Of a stretch of 64,000 bases of DNA, positions 28,101 through 37,663 are shown one piece after another. Numbering within the stretch: the first letter of the stretch is position 1; each line of letters starts with the position of its first letter. The position numbers were made by a program, and so were the translations under genes. Below the pieces are notes generated by a model. The model had not been told where the DNA came from. It saw nothing but the letters and a program-made list of their open reading frames with translations, and made no database searches. The stretch lies in contig CAIXGR010000094.1 in assembly GCA_903919075.1 (NCBI GenBank), positions 32,213 through 96,212 on the forward strand, given 5' to 3'. Source of the stretch: an uncultured Bacteroidota bacterium (GTDB lineage: Bacteria; Bacteroidota; Bacteroidia; Chitinophagales; LD1).

Positions 28101-29060
28101 TTATCCTACGCTCCCTACTATCATTCCCACTGCAAAAAGAATGGAGAAGATGAATGTTGCTATGGCAAGTTGCTTTAGCAGCGGGTCGAATTCTTTTAGT
28201 TCTTCAATACTTCTTACTGCTACCAAATGCTTTCTGAATAAAGGTATAGTAAGAATAAAACAGAGTTGCATAGTGGAAGTAAAATTCAACACAACAAAAA
28301 TTAAACTGGCAACAAAGCCAGTAACAACAAGGCCCGTGTGATATTGTTTAGCCCTTTGTAACCCCAGCTTTACTACCATAGTTATTTTCCCAGCTTTTTC
28401 ATCGCTTTCGCAATCGCGCATGTTGTTTAGGTTTAATACACCGGTTGCAAATGCCCCGATAGTGCATGCCGGTAATAATACCGAATAATGAAGTTGATGC
28501 GCCAACAAATAATAACTACCACAAACACCAGTTAACCCAAAAAACAGAAAAACAAATATATCACCGAGCCCCCGGTAGCCGTAAGCACTTTTGCCTACTG
28601 TATATTTTATTGCGGCAGCAATGGCACCAATGCCCAATACAAAAAAGAACACGCCGTAGCCTATAAATAATTCTTTTGTTGCTTCTATAATTAATGCTAT
28701 GCCCGATAGTAGGCACAGAAAAACACAAACAGCTATGCCCTTTTTTATTTCGTATAATGAAAGTAACCCTGCCTGTACGGCTCGTTTGGGGCCAATACGT
28801 TGTTCGTTATCTGTTCCTTTTTCGCTATCGCCATAATCGTTGGCGAGGTTTGATAGTATTTGAAGTAGTAGTGTGGTAATAATTAAAAGCGCTAGCACCG
28901 GTAAGCTAAAATGGGCTCTGTTATCTACAAAGGCGATGGAGCTACCGGTAATTATTGAGGAGAATGCCAAAGGCAATGTTCTAAGACGAAAAGCATATAT
29001 CCACGCTTGCAATTTATTATTCATTACTTCTTTGGGGCTTATTGTGCTGCTATATTTCAT
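28101..29060 (-). CDS. menA: 1,4-dihydroxy-2-naphthoate octaprenyltransferase
   Basis: UbiA-type polytopic membrane protein with NDYGDSEKGTDN motif. Last gene of the men cluster. Alternative start at 29024 removes the overlap with the upstream ORF. Confidence 0.88.
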   Translation of the reverse strand: MKYSSTISPKEVMNNKLQAWIYAFRLRTLPLAFSSIITGSSIAFVDNRAHFSLPVLALLIITTLLLQILSNLANDYGDSEKGTDNEQRIGPKRAVQAGLLSLYEIKKGIAVCVFLCLLSGIALIIEATKELFIGYGVFFFVLGIGAIAAAIKYTVGKSAYGYRGLGDIFVFLFFGLTGVCGSYYLLAHQLHYSVLLPACTIGAFATGVLNLNNMRDCESDEKAGKITMVVKLGLQRAKQYHTGLVVTGFVASLIFVVLNFTSTMQLCFILTIPLFRKHLVAVRSIEELKEFDPLLKQLAIATFIFSILFAVGMIVGSVG

Positions 29061-29367
29061 GTTGGAAATAATGGCCGGTTTCGCGCAAGTAGGCTAATAT
29101 TAATTCGGTAACCCTGCGTATTTGCGGCTTAGGCAACAAAACCTGAAAATTGTCTCTCAGCCGTTCCACTACATAATTTATTATTTCCTCGTCCTTTATT
29201 AATTGCCCTGCTGATGCATCCCATTTTTCGATAAAAGCATTAAGAATGGTGTAAGCTTCATCTTCGGAAATATGAAACTCAATGTATTTATATACGAATT
29301 TAACCGTATCATAATACTCCGGTTTTTCGCCTTTGGGCGGGTTCCAATCGTCGAGCACGCTGGTCAT
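29050..29367 (-). CDS. hypothetical 105-aa protein embedded in the men operon
   Basis: An ORF only. No motif recognised. Same strand as menB and menA and tightly spaced with them. Confidence 0.4.
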   Translation of the reverse strand: MTSVLDDWNPPKGEKPEYYDTVKFVYKYIEFHISEDEAYTILNAFIEKWDASAGQLIKDEEIINYVVERLRDNFQVLLPKPQIRRVTELILAYLRETGHYFQHEI

Positions 29368-29419
29368 ATAATGCCGAAAATAATAGAAAGTTGGGATTTG
29401 GCAATTATCTAGTAGCTGT

Positions 29420-30022
29420 TTATGATTTTACACCCGGCAAATACTGCTTATACTGCGTTACCGCCTGGGCATATCTGCCAATATTAATGCCTGAAGTTGA
29501 GTAAAGTGTAGCGGTTTTAATTTCTCGGCCATTCAATACAAATTGACCCTCAATAGGCGGTGTTCCTGCATTAAAACTGTATTCAACTTTATTTTCAGCA
29601 AGGTGTTCGAAAAATATTTTGTGCGCACTTACCTGCCCTGAACTACCGGTAAGAATTACTGTATTGATGGAGTGATGTTGGTTGAGAATTTTAATAATAT
29701 TCATTTTCTCGATTACATGCAGGTCGCTATCTTTTGAGCTTGTTGCAACTTTCCTGCTGCATTTATAAATAGTATCGGAAATAGCGATGCCTTTTTCAGC
29801 ACACAAGGCTACTCTTTCTTTAGCCGCCTCCTCTCCTTTTATGTGGTGAAACGGGTGCCGGTATATTTCGCTTAACATGCACCAGAAAAAATTACTGCGG
29901 CCGGGGTAATACGAATCGAACCGCCAGTTTTTTTTATGCGTGGGAAAAGTGCCTAAAACAATACATTGTGCCTTAGGAGGAAGAAAAGTTTTGAAAGGAT
30001 GAACTTCAATTAGCATTTTCAT
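29420..30022 (-). CDS. uracil-DNA glycosylase superfamily protein (family 6 / hypoxanthine-DNA glycosylase-like)
   Basis: LGTFPT, YYPGRSNFFW, SDTIYKCSRKVATSSKDSDL and LYSTSG blocks resemble the UDG-superfamily motif order as I recall it. Confidence 0.45.
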   Translation of the reverse strand: MKMLIEVHPFKTFLPPKAQCIVLGTFPTHKKNWRFDSYYPGRSNFFWCMLSEIYRHPFHHIKGEEAAKERVALCAEKGIAISDTIYKCSRKVATSSKDSDLHVIEKMNIIKILNQHHSINTVILTGSSGQVSAHKIFFEHLAENKVEYSFNAGTPPIEGQFVLNGREIKTATLYSTSGINIGRYAQAVTQYKQYLPGVKS

Positions 30023-30024
30023 CC

Positions 30025-30843
30025 TTATGGGAATTTCGGGAACTTACTCCAGTCAGGTTTTCTTTTTTCTATAAAAGCGTTCTTGCCCTCTTTAGCTTCA
30101 TCACTTAAATAATATAGCAATGTTGCATTGCCTGCCAACTCTTGTATACCGGCTTGGCCATCTAACTCAGCGTTGAAGGAAGCCTTCAACATTCTAATAG
30201 CAAGAGGTGATTTTTCCTGTATTTTTTGGCACCATTTAACCGTGGTATCTTCTAATTTAGATAGCGGAACAACTTTATTTACCAAGCCCATATCTAAAGC
30301 CTCTTGAGCGCTATATTGTTCGCATAAAAACCATATTTCGCGTGCTTTTTTCTGTCCTACAACTCGAGCTAAATAACTAGCACCAAAACCGCCATCAAAG
30401 CTACCCACGCGTGGGCCGGTTTGTCCAAAAATTGCATTCTTACTGGCTATACTTAAATCGCAAACTACATGCAGCACATGGCCACCGCCAATAGCGTAAC
30501 CGTTTACCATGGCTACTACTGCTTTGGGTATAGAGCGTATTTGCTTTTGTAGGTCAAGCACATTTAAACGGGGCACTGTATCCTTGCCCACATAGCCTCC
30601 GTGACCGCGAACATTTTGATCGCCACCGCTACAAAACGCTTTATCGCCTTCACCGGTTAATATTATGCTTTGTATATCCATGTTATCACGACAGATATTC
30701 ATGGCATCTATCATTTCCTTTACCGTAAGCGGTGTAAAAGCATTCCGGTAGCGGGGCCGGTTGATAGTAATTTTGGCTACACCTTCGAAAAATTCGAACT
30801 TTATTTCATCATACTTTTTAATCTGTTTCCACTTTCTTTTCAT
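30025..30843 (-). CDS. menB: 1,4-dihydroxy-2-naphthoyl-CoA synthase
   Basis: Crotonase fold with [38 protein letters not shown]. Lies in the men cluster. Confidence 0.95.
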   Translation of the reverse strand: MKRKWKQIKKYDEIKFEFFEGVAKITINRPRYRNAFTPLTVKEMIDAMNICRDNMDIQSIILTGEGDKAFCSGGDQNVRGHGGYVGKDTVPRLNVLDLQKQIRSIPKAVVAMVNGYAIGGGHVLHVVCDLSIASKNAIFGQTGPRVGSFDGGFGASYLARVVGQKKAREIWFLCEQYSAQEALDMGLVNKVVPLSKLEDTTVKWCQKIQEKSPLAIRMLKASFNAELDGQAGIQELAGNATLLYYLSDEAKEGKNAFIEKRKPDWSKFPKFP

Positions 30844-30874
30844 ATTGCATTTTTAGTGTGTTAACGAGCGAATA

Positions 30875-32572
30875 TTATAAAATTTTATTCTTCAAAAAAC
30901 TAAAATACTCTTTATAAATTTTAGCGCTTAACTCTCCGTTGGTTTTTATTTCAAGTATAGCAGGCTTACCGTTATGTGGTTTATAAAAATCCGGTAAAAT
31001 CTCATTTAAACTACCTTCAGTTTCGCAAAAATAATAGGGGATATCATACATTGCTGCCAGATACTTAGCCGTTAAATTATGACGCATTTCAAAAAATTTC
31101 TCGAAGGCATTTACTTTCGCCGGCACATCAATTAATCTAAAAATATTTCCACCGGAATTATTGATAACAATAATGCGAAAATTAGGCGAAAGATAGTTAT
31201 TGAACAAAGCGTTCGAGTCGTAAAAAAAACTGATATCTCCTACGATGCAAATAGTGAGTTTTTCGTTAACATATGCAGCGCCTGCAGCAGTGCTTACACA
31301 GCCATCAATACCGCTTGTTCCACGATTAGAGTTTGTGATAATATCGTTAGAATGTTCGAAAAAATTAGAATAACGAACCGGTGTAGAATTACCGTATTGA
31401 ATATTCGCACCTTTGGGAAACGAATCAACCAGCGTTTCAAAAACTTTAATATCGCTATACTCTGTTTGGGCTAAATATTTACCGGTTAGCTCTATTGCTT
31501 TTTTATGGAGACCCTTCCATTGCGAGTTATAAAAGGAGTCATCCATTGGATTACTATTCAATAAACAATCCAATGCCTCGCTTTCAGTAATATTTTCCTT
31601 CTGCACACCAATATCAAAAACATCATAATGCCTTGCTACATTATGCGGCGAAATATCCCAGTGGGATACCGGTTTATCCTTTTTCAAAAATCGCCTGATA
31701 CGTTTTGATATAATTTGATTGCCTAGTGTAATTACTATATCGGGGGTAAATTCGTTGGCTTCCTTTTCATTAATTAATTCCAAACAAGCATCGTAATTAC
31801 TAATGCTTCCATTAAAAACAGTATTCGATAAAGTTTCAGCAAGTACAACAGTATCTTTTCTTTCGGAAAGCAATCGTAATTTTTTAGAAAATTCAACATC
31901 TGGCGCCCTCATACCTACAATAATCAGTTTCTTTTTTGTACTGGTTAACTGCTCGTTTAATCTTTTAATGCCTGCATCATTTGGTACAGCCTGTTGTTTT
32001 TCATTCTTTATATTAAACTCGATAGCTAATTCATCGGATTGATTATACAGAGGTTCGCTTAATCTGATATTTACGTGCACTGGACCTACACCATTATTTT
32101 GTGTATTATGAATAGCACCTGTAATTATTTCAGCTATTTTGTTCAAACCATCTCTACTTGTTTCATCGCCGTTAATATCAAAACTGTTCTTAGTCAATTT
32201 CTCAAAAACAAAAGCCTGATTGATGGATTGGTTCTCTCCTTTTTCAGCATCGCCCAAAGGTCTGTCTGCCGTAAGTATTAAAAGTGGTATTTGCTGGTAA
32301 AAGGCCTCGGTAATGGCAGGGCCTAAATTAAGCACTGCAGTTCCTGATGTGCATACTATAGCAATGGTTTGTTTCAGCTGCTGAGCCATGCCGAGGGCAA
32401 AATAACCTGCCACGCGCTCATCAGGAATTACAATACATTCTATATCCGGTAAACTGGAAAAAGCAATTACAAGAGGTGCCGAACGCGAACCGGGAGAAAA
32501 AACAACTTTGTTAATCCCTTTGCGCTTACATATATCTGCTAATAATTTTACCGCTTTTTTATCGGTGCTCAT
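30875..32572 (-). CDS. menD: 2-succinyl-5-enolpyruvyl-6-hydroxy-3-cyclohexene-1-carboxylate synthase
   Basis: ThDP enzyme (SPGSRSAPL, TSGTAVLNL, GTSGIDG, GDISFFYDSNAL). Lies in the men cluster. Confidence 0.92.
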   Translation of the reverse strand: MSTDKKAVKLLADICKRKGINKVVFSPGSRSAPLVIAFSSLPDIECIVIPDERVAGYFALGMAQQLKQTIAIVCTSGTAVLNLGPAITEAFYQQIPLLILTADRPLGDAEKGENQSINQAFVFEKLTKNSFDINGDETSRDGLNKIAEIITGAIHNTQNNGVGPVHVNIRLSEPLYNQSDELAIEFNIKNEKQQAVPNDAGIKRLNEQLTSTKKKLIIVGMRAPDVEFSKKLRLLSERKDTVVLAETLSNTVFNGSISNYDACLELINEKEANEFTPDIVITLGNQIISKRIRRFLKKDKPVSHWDISPHNVARHYDVFDIGVQKENITESEALDCLLNSNPMDDSFYNSQWKGLHKKAIELTGKYLAQTEYSDIKVFETLVDSFPKGANIQYGNSTPVRYSNFFEHSNDIITNSNRGTSGIDGCVSTAAGAAYVNEKLTICIVGDISFFYDSNALFNNYLSPNFRIIVINNSGGNIFRLIDVPAKVNAFEKFFEMRHNLTAKYLAAMYDIPYYFCETEGSLNEILPDFYKPHNGKPAILEIKTNGELSAKIYKEYFSFLKNKIL

Positions 32573-32602
32573 TGGGCAGCAAAGGTGAAAATATTTTGAT
32601 GA

Positions 32603-33697
32603 TTACAGTACACTGGCAAGTGTATCTACTTTCATCTTTGATTCTTTCCATTCATCAGCCGGATTAGAATCGGCAGTTATACCGCAGCCAGCGTATATGG
32701 CCAGTTTGTTTTTTAACACCTGCATACATCGCAGGTTTACAAACAAATTAATTTGCCCATCTAGATTTACAGGCCCTAAATAGCCTGAGTAAAACTGCCT
32801 AGCTGATTTTTCATTCTTACTTATAAAACTAATAGCCTTTTGCTTGGGCAAACCCGCTACAGCAGGCGTTGGATGAAGTTCCTCTACAAGATTTAGCCAA
32901 TCGACCGGTTTAACCGATTTATAAGTAAATGTGCTGCGCAAGTGAAGTAAATTACCGGCTACTACTGTTTCAGGGCCTTTAATTTTCGGAGCCTGGGTTG
33001 TAATGGTTTGAAAAGCTTTAAAGATATAATCGCTTACAATTTTTTGCTCTTGCTTTTCCTTCTCGCCCCAAGTGGCTTTAGCATTTACTGCGCTATTGGC
33101 TTTTGTTCCGGCCAAAGAGTATGTTTTAAACTCTTTGCCGTTAGCCTCAAGTAAAATTTCGGGTGAGGCTCCAATCCACAGCCCGTAAGGCTGAGTATAA
33201 ACCAGCGAAATGAAAGCAGATGGATATTTTTTGCAAAGCTTTTTGAAAAAATCAACCGGTGAAAAAGAAGAAGGTTTTTTCTTTAATGCCACCCGTGCAG
33301 CTACAATTTTTCTAAAATCACCTTTTTTTATTCTTTTCTGAATAGCCCTTATATATTCTTGATAATCACCCCTATTTGATTCAATAATATCAACTTTAAT
33401 ACTTTTTAGAGGCTTTAAATGCAACTTAACCGGTGCGAAATTCAACTTTGGCAGGTGCTTTTCTGTTGTATATACATCTGGTGCTATTAGAATTTTATCA
33501 GTCTTAATATCCTTTTTAAAAGGGGCGAATAGAAAGCCTGTAGCCGAAGAATTATAAGTTTTTTTAAGTGCCGAATTAGTTTGGGATACAACCCTTACTA
33601 TTTTGCTATTTGGGAGTTTATAAAAAGCAAACGGAATTTGTTTTTCAACACAATAATGGAAAAATTGAGAGAGGGAAGGTTTAGATATGGATAACAC
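32603..33697 (-). CDS. menF: isochorismate synthase
   Basis: Chorismate-binding C-terminal motifs LHPTPAVAGLP, SGYLGPV, AGCGITADSNPADEW. Confidence 0.88.
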   Translation of the reverse strand: MLSISKPSLSQFFHYCVEKQIPFAFYKLPNSKIVRVVSQTNSALKKTYNSSATGFLFAPFKKDIKTDKILIAPDVYTTEKHLPKLNFAPVKLHLKPLKSIKVDIIESNRGDYQEYIRAIQKRIKKGDFRKIVAARVALKKKPSSFSPVDFFKKLCKKYPSAFISLVYTQPYGLWIGASPEILLEANGKEFKTYSLAGTKANSAVNAKATWGEKEKQEQKIVSDYIFKAFQTITTQAPKIKGPETVVAGNLLHLRSTFTYKSVKPVDWLNLVEELHPTPAVAGLPKQKAISFISKNEKSARQFYSGYLGPVNLDGQINLFVNLRCMQVLKNKLAIYAGCGITADSNPADEWKESKMKVDTLASVL

Positions 33698-33703
33698 GAA
33701 TTT

Positions 33704-33711
33704 TAAGTTTG
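33704..33711 (+). promoter_or_regulatory. candidate -7 box for the histidine phosphatase gene
   Basis: TAAGTTTG fits TAnnTTTG, 38 nt upstream of the start at 33749. Confidence 0.35.
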
Positions 33712-33714
33712 CGA

Positions 33715-33722
33715 CAAAACTA
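33715..33722 (-). promoter_or_regulatory. candidate -7 box for the men operon
   Basis: The minus strand reads TAGTTTTG (plus strand CAAAACTA), 17 nt upstream of the menF ATG at 33697. Confidence 0.35.
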
Positions 33723-33748
33723 TATTTTTACTGCAAAACAGTTTTACT

Positions 33749-34372
33749 GTGGTTCAAAAAGAAATATATATTATTCGTCACGGTCAAACCGACCATAACG
33801 CCCAGGGCATTGTACAGGGCAGAGGCATTGACTTGTCGTTAAACGAAAAGGGCCGTCAGCAGGCACAGGCATTCTTCAAGGCTTATAAAAACGTTCCCTT
33901 CGATATTATTTATACTTCAACCCTTAAAAGGGCCCAGGAAACGATTGAACCCTTCAAAGAACTTGGCATACCACATGAGATATACCCGGAATTGGACGAG
34001 ATAAGCTGGGGAGATTTGGAAGGTACCAGAGCCACTACTGAATCGGACCTTGCTTTTCAGGAATTAGTGAAAAAATGGCGCGCGGGAGATATACATGCCA
34101 AATCATCGGTAACGGGCGAAAGCCCTTTTGAATTACAGCAACGGCAAAAGATATTTATTGAGCAAATGCTTAATTCTGATACTAAGAAGATATTAATAGC
34201 TACCCACGGCAGGTTTATAAGAATATTTATGTGCACGCTTACCGGTAAACCGCTGGCCCAAATGGAGCATTTCGCACATTCAAATCTTTGCCTGTATAAA
34301 GTTAACTTGCTAAATGATGGGAAATTTGAGATAGAACAACACTGTGATATTGAACATTTAAGCGAGGCTTAA
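33749..34372 (+). CDS. histidine phosphatase family protein (phosphoglycerate mutase-like)
   Basis: IIRHGQTDHN catalytic motif and a downstream ATHG His. GTG start. Confidence 0.8.
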   Translation: MVQKEIYIIRHGQTDHNAQGIVQGRGIDLSLNEKGRQQAQAFFKAYKNVPFDIIYTSTLKRAQETIEPFKELGIPHEIYPELDEISWGDLEGTRATTESDLAFQELVKKWRAGDIHAKSSVTGESPFELQQRQKIFIEQMLNSDTKKILIATHGRFIRIFMCTLTGKPLAQMEHFAHSNLCLYKVNLLNDGKFEIEQHCDIEHLSEA

Positions 34373-34792
34373 TTACTTACAGTTTTTCCACTTTTCTTTA
34401 ACCCATTCCGGGTTTACTTCGCGGTCATACTTAAAAAATTCTCTGTTCATAAAGTTTATTACATTGGCTGTTTGCACTTCATCTATCTCTGATGGGTACA
34501 TGGGTTGGTCATAAACTGTATCGTGAACAATAACCGGATGATTAATACCAAATTTGAGCCAACATGGGATTGAATCTAAGTTGCGTAAAGCATAATCTGA
34601 ATTTTGCAACGGGGGGACTAAAGCTTTTATGCCTTCACCATCCTCTCCATGGCATTGAGAACACTGGGCTTTAAACAAAGCTTTACCGGGATGGATAATT
34701 GTGCCGTGACTATAAATGTTATATATAAATAATATAATAATTATAGGTATAGCAAACCGGGCAATGAATTGAAGTATTTTTTTAGAACTCAC
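34373..34792 (-). CDS. membrane-anchored c-type cytochrome
   Basis: N-terminal TM helix and haem-binding CSQCHG. Confidence 0.8.
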   Translation of the reverse strand: MSSKKILQFIARFAIPIIIILFIYNIYSHGTIIHPGKALFKAQCSQCHGEDGEGIKALVPPLQNSDYALRNLDSIPCWLKFGINHPVIVHDTVYDQPMYPSEIDEVQTANVINFMNREFFKYDREVNPEWVKEKWKNCK

Positions 34793-34800
34793 AATTAAAA

Positions 34801-35439
34801 TTATTCGTTATTCTTTTCTTTTAAAAGAATATCCATTTCGGAAAGTAATTTTTGCACGCTTTGCTCATTGGTTCCATCATAGTAGCCACGTAGCCTTCCT
34901 TTTCTGTCTACCAAAATAAAATTCCCATCATGTATGTGCCCTCCCGGTGCGCTTGGATCTTCAGAGGCACTAACCAAATATTTATTTGCCAGATAGTAAA
35001 TAGAATCCTTATTACCAGTGAGAAAATGCCACTGGGCTGAGGTAATGCCTAATTTGGTTTCATATATTTTTAACCTGGCAACACTATCACGCACAGGGTC
35101 GATGGAGTATGAAAGTATAACTACATCTTTATTGTCTTTGTATTTATCTCTCACCAGTAACATCTCCTTCATCATTTTGGGGCAAATGCTTGGGCATGAA
35201 GTGAAGAAAAAATCAGCTACGTAAATTTTGCCTTTAACTGTTGAGGTGTTCACTACATTACTATCCTGATCAACAAATTGAAAAGGTGGCAATACATAAT
35301 CAAGGCTATCTATTACTTGTTTTCCGTTCTCGGTTTTTGTAACTGCTGTTTTAGGACCATAAACCGGTAAATTACTTTGCCAGTTACATGCCTGTAACGC
35401 AATACAAAAAAGAACAGTTATTAAAACTGTTTTGCGCAT
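34801..35439 (-). CDS. SCO1/SenC family copper chaperone
   Basis: FFFTSCPSICP CxxxC motif, thioredoxin-like fold, downstream His (GGHIHD). Lipoprotein-like signal (LQAC). Confidence 0.85.
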   Translation of the reverse strand: MRKTVLITVLFCIALQACNWQSNLPVYGPKTAVTKTENGKQVIDSLDYVLPPFQFVDQDSNVVNTSTVKGKIYVADFFFTSCPSICPKMMKEMLLVRDKYKDNKDVVILSYSIDPVRDSVARLKIYETKLGITSAQWHFLTGNKDSIYYLANKYLVSASEDPSAPGGHIHDGNFILVDRKGRLRGYYDGTNEQSVQKLLSEMDILLKEKNNE

Positions 35440-35482
35440 ATAAAGGTTTGTTCCCCAAAGGAAACTTTAAAATGTTAAAAAA

Positions 35483-35899
35483 TTATCCAACCGAGGGGCT
35501 AAAGTATTTTTCTTTTATCCACTTTGCAACCTCATCTGTAAGGGGCTTGTCTAAAAAGCCCACTACTTCGGGGAATTGTTTGGCTTTTTCGTAATCGCCC
35601 TGGTAATCGGAAGAAGTAAGAAGGTATACTTTGATGTTGGAAATAAACTCAGCAGACAGCTTTCTAAATTCAAGCAAAAAACTCCATCCATCCATAGCGG
35701 GCATATTAATATCCAACAGTATTAAAAGAGGATACTCATCCACTATTTTCTCGTCCCACACTCTTTTCAACTCCGTTAATGCATCCTGAGCCATTCTGTA
35801 TTGCCTGAAATTAGACATACATCCATCCTCAAGCATTAGCTTGGTAAGGTAATTATTTGCCTTATCATCATCAATAATATAAATCACCGGTTCAGCCAT
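35483..35899 (-). CDS. stand-alone response regulator receiver domain
   Basis: DDD acidic pocket, LLILLDINMPAMDG phospho-acceptor Asp, LTSS. No output domain. Confidence 0.8.
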   Translation of the reverse strand: MAEPVIYIIDDDKANNYLTKLMLEDGCMSNFRQYRMAQDALTELKRVWDEKIVDEYPLLILLDINMPAMDGWSFLLEFRKLSAEFISNIKVYLLTSSDYQGDYEKAKQFPEVVGFLDKPLTDEVAKWIKEKYFSPSVG

Positions 35900-36045
35900 A
35901 CTACATTAAATTTACACTAACTATTTTTCAATAAATAACCAACCAATATCCATATTAATAACGCTTGATATTGATTTTTTTGCCCGCTTACTTTCCACTA
36001 AAGTAATTATTTAGTCGATTTTTTAATAAAATAAACAATTCAGTT

Positions 36046-36064
36046 CCCCTTTAAGTTAAAGGGG
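36046..36064. repeat. 19-bp palindrome CCCCTTTAAGTTAAAGGGG in a divergent promoter region
   Basis: Perfect 9-bp arms around a single G. Sits between the response regulator (minus) and lipA (plus). Confidence 0.85.
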
Positions 36065-36090
36065 CAATTTCATGCTTAATCTTATTGTAT

Positions 36091-36098
36091 TAAATTTG
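36091..36098 (+). promoter_or_regulatory. candidate -7 box abutting the lipA start codon
   Basis: TAAATTTG fits TAnnTTTG. Only 4 nt separate it from the ATG at 36103. Confidence 0.35.
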
Positions 36099-36102
36099 CG
36101 CC

Positions 36103-36972
36103 ATGAGCGAATCTGGTTTAGTTAAAACCCGCATTAATAAGCCCGACTGGCTTAAAATAAAACTACCCTCAGGTAAAGAATTTAGCGAGGTAAAACAAAA
36201 TATTGAGCAGCACAGGCTGCATACTATTTGCGAAAGCGGCAAATGCCCCAACCAAACCGAATGTTGGGGGGCGGGCACCGCAACCTTAATGATACTTGGC
36301 AACGTTTGTACTCGCTCGTGCATGTTTTGTAGCGTGGCAACCGGCAACCCCGAAGTTGTAGATATTACCGAGCCTATACGTGTAGCTGAATCAATTAAGC
36401 TAATGGGGTTAAAACACGTTGTTATAACCTCTGTAGACAGAGATGACCTGGTTGACGGTGGCTCGAAAATATGGGCGGCTACAATACGGGCTATTCGCAG
36501 GCATTGCCCCGGTGTTACTATGGAAACTCTTATACCCGATTTTAAAGGTAGTGCCGAAAACATACAACGTGTTATTGATGTAAAGCCGGAGGTGGTTTCG
36601 CATAATCTGGAAACGGTAAAAAGGCTTACCCGAGAAGTAAGAATACAGGCGAAATATGAACGCAGCCTTGAAGTGCTGCTAATGCTAAAGGAAGGCGGCA
36701 TTACCCGAACGAAATCAGGTATTATGTTAGGCCTGGGCGAAACTGAAGAAGAGTTATTTGAGGCAATGGACGACCTTATAAACTCGAAAGTTGATATTCT
36801 TACTTTGGGACAATATCTTCAACCTTCGAGAAAGCATTTAGGCGTTGCCAAATATATTACACCGGATGAGTTTAAGCATTACAAAGAAGTAGCCCTTAGT
36901 AAAGGTTTCCGGTATGTAGAAAGTGGGCCTATGGTAAGATCAAGCTATCATGCTGAAAAGCATTTGATATAA
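36103..36972 (+). CDS. lipA: lipoyl synthase
   Basis: N-terminal [12 protein letters not shown] cluster and radical-SAM CTRSCMFC motif, about 289 aa. Confidence 0.95.
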   Translation: MSESGLVKTRINKPDWLKIKLPSGKEFSEVKQNIEQHRLHTICESGKCPNQTECWGAGTATLMILGNVCTRSCMFCSVATGNPEVVDITEPIRVAESIKLMGLKHVVITSVDRDDLVDGGSKIWAATIRAIRRHCPGVTMETLIPDFKGSAENIQRVIDVKPEVVSHNLETVKRLTREVRIQAKYERSLEVLLMLKEGGITRTKSGIMLGLGETEEELFEAMDDLINSKVDILTLGQYLQPSRKHLGVAKYITPDEFKHYKEVALSKGFRYVESGPMVRSSYHAEKHLI

Positions 36973-36996
36973 GAACTGCGGAGCAACTAAATCTAA

Positions 36997-37653
36997 TTAC
37001 TGCAAATCGAATAGCTCTGCAAACGCGTTGACGAATACTTTCTTGTATTCTTCAAAATTAACTTCGCGCTTTAATTCCTTTTGTAGCGAGGTGACACCCT
37101 TATCAGCAATTCCGCAGGGTATTATTTTATCAAAATAACTAAGGTCGGTATTTACATTCATGGCAAGCCCGTGCATAGTAATATTGCGACTTGCTTTAAC
37201 ACCTATAGCGCATATTTTCCGCTCTCCCATTTCATCATGCAGCCATACACCGGCGGCATCTTTAATTCTTTCGCCTTTTAAACCATATTGCAACAACGTT
37301 TGAATAATCGTTTCTTCGAGATTTGAAATATACTTGGCAAGACCTATGCGTAAAGTATCAAGATCTAAAATTGGATAGGCCACTAACTGGCCAGGACCGT
37401 GAAAAGTAACATCTCCTCCCCTGTTGGTTTGATAAAACTCAGCATTCAGATTATCCGTACCGGTTATTATATTTTCTTTTTTACCGCTTTTGCCTATTGT
37501 GAAAACCGGTAAGTGCTGGCAAAGTATAAGATGATTTTGAGTGGGCTGATGCACCAACTTTGCAGCGATATTTTTGTTAAAGAGCTCTTCCTGTAATTGC
37601 AAGGCCCCACGGTATGGCTTTAAACCAGCATCAATCAACTTAAACTTCAACAT
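36997..37653 (-). CDS. lipB: lipoyl(octanoyl) transferase
   Basis: RGGDVTFHGPGQLV and KICAIGV...HG motifs. Start moved to 37653 to avoid overlap with the upstream ORF; the track extends to 37719. Confidence 0.88.
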   Translation of the reverse strand: MLKFKLIDAGLKPYRGALQLQEELFNKNIAAKLVHQPTQNHLILCQHLPVFTIGKSGKKENIITGTDNLNAEFYQTNRGGDVTFHGPGQLVAYPILDLDTLRIGLAKYISNLEETIIQTLLQYGLKGERIKDAAGVWLHDEMGERKICAIGVKASRNITMHGLAMNVNTDLSYFDKIIPCGIADKGVTSLQKELKREVNFEEYKKVFVNAFAELFDLQ

Positions 37654-37663
37654 TGGCAACTTA

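Noticed and set aside
36090-36701. 203-aa ORF antisense to lipA
   Set aside because: It overlaps the radical-SAM lipA coding region completely, and its composition is Ser/Thr/Pro-rich with no motifs.
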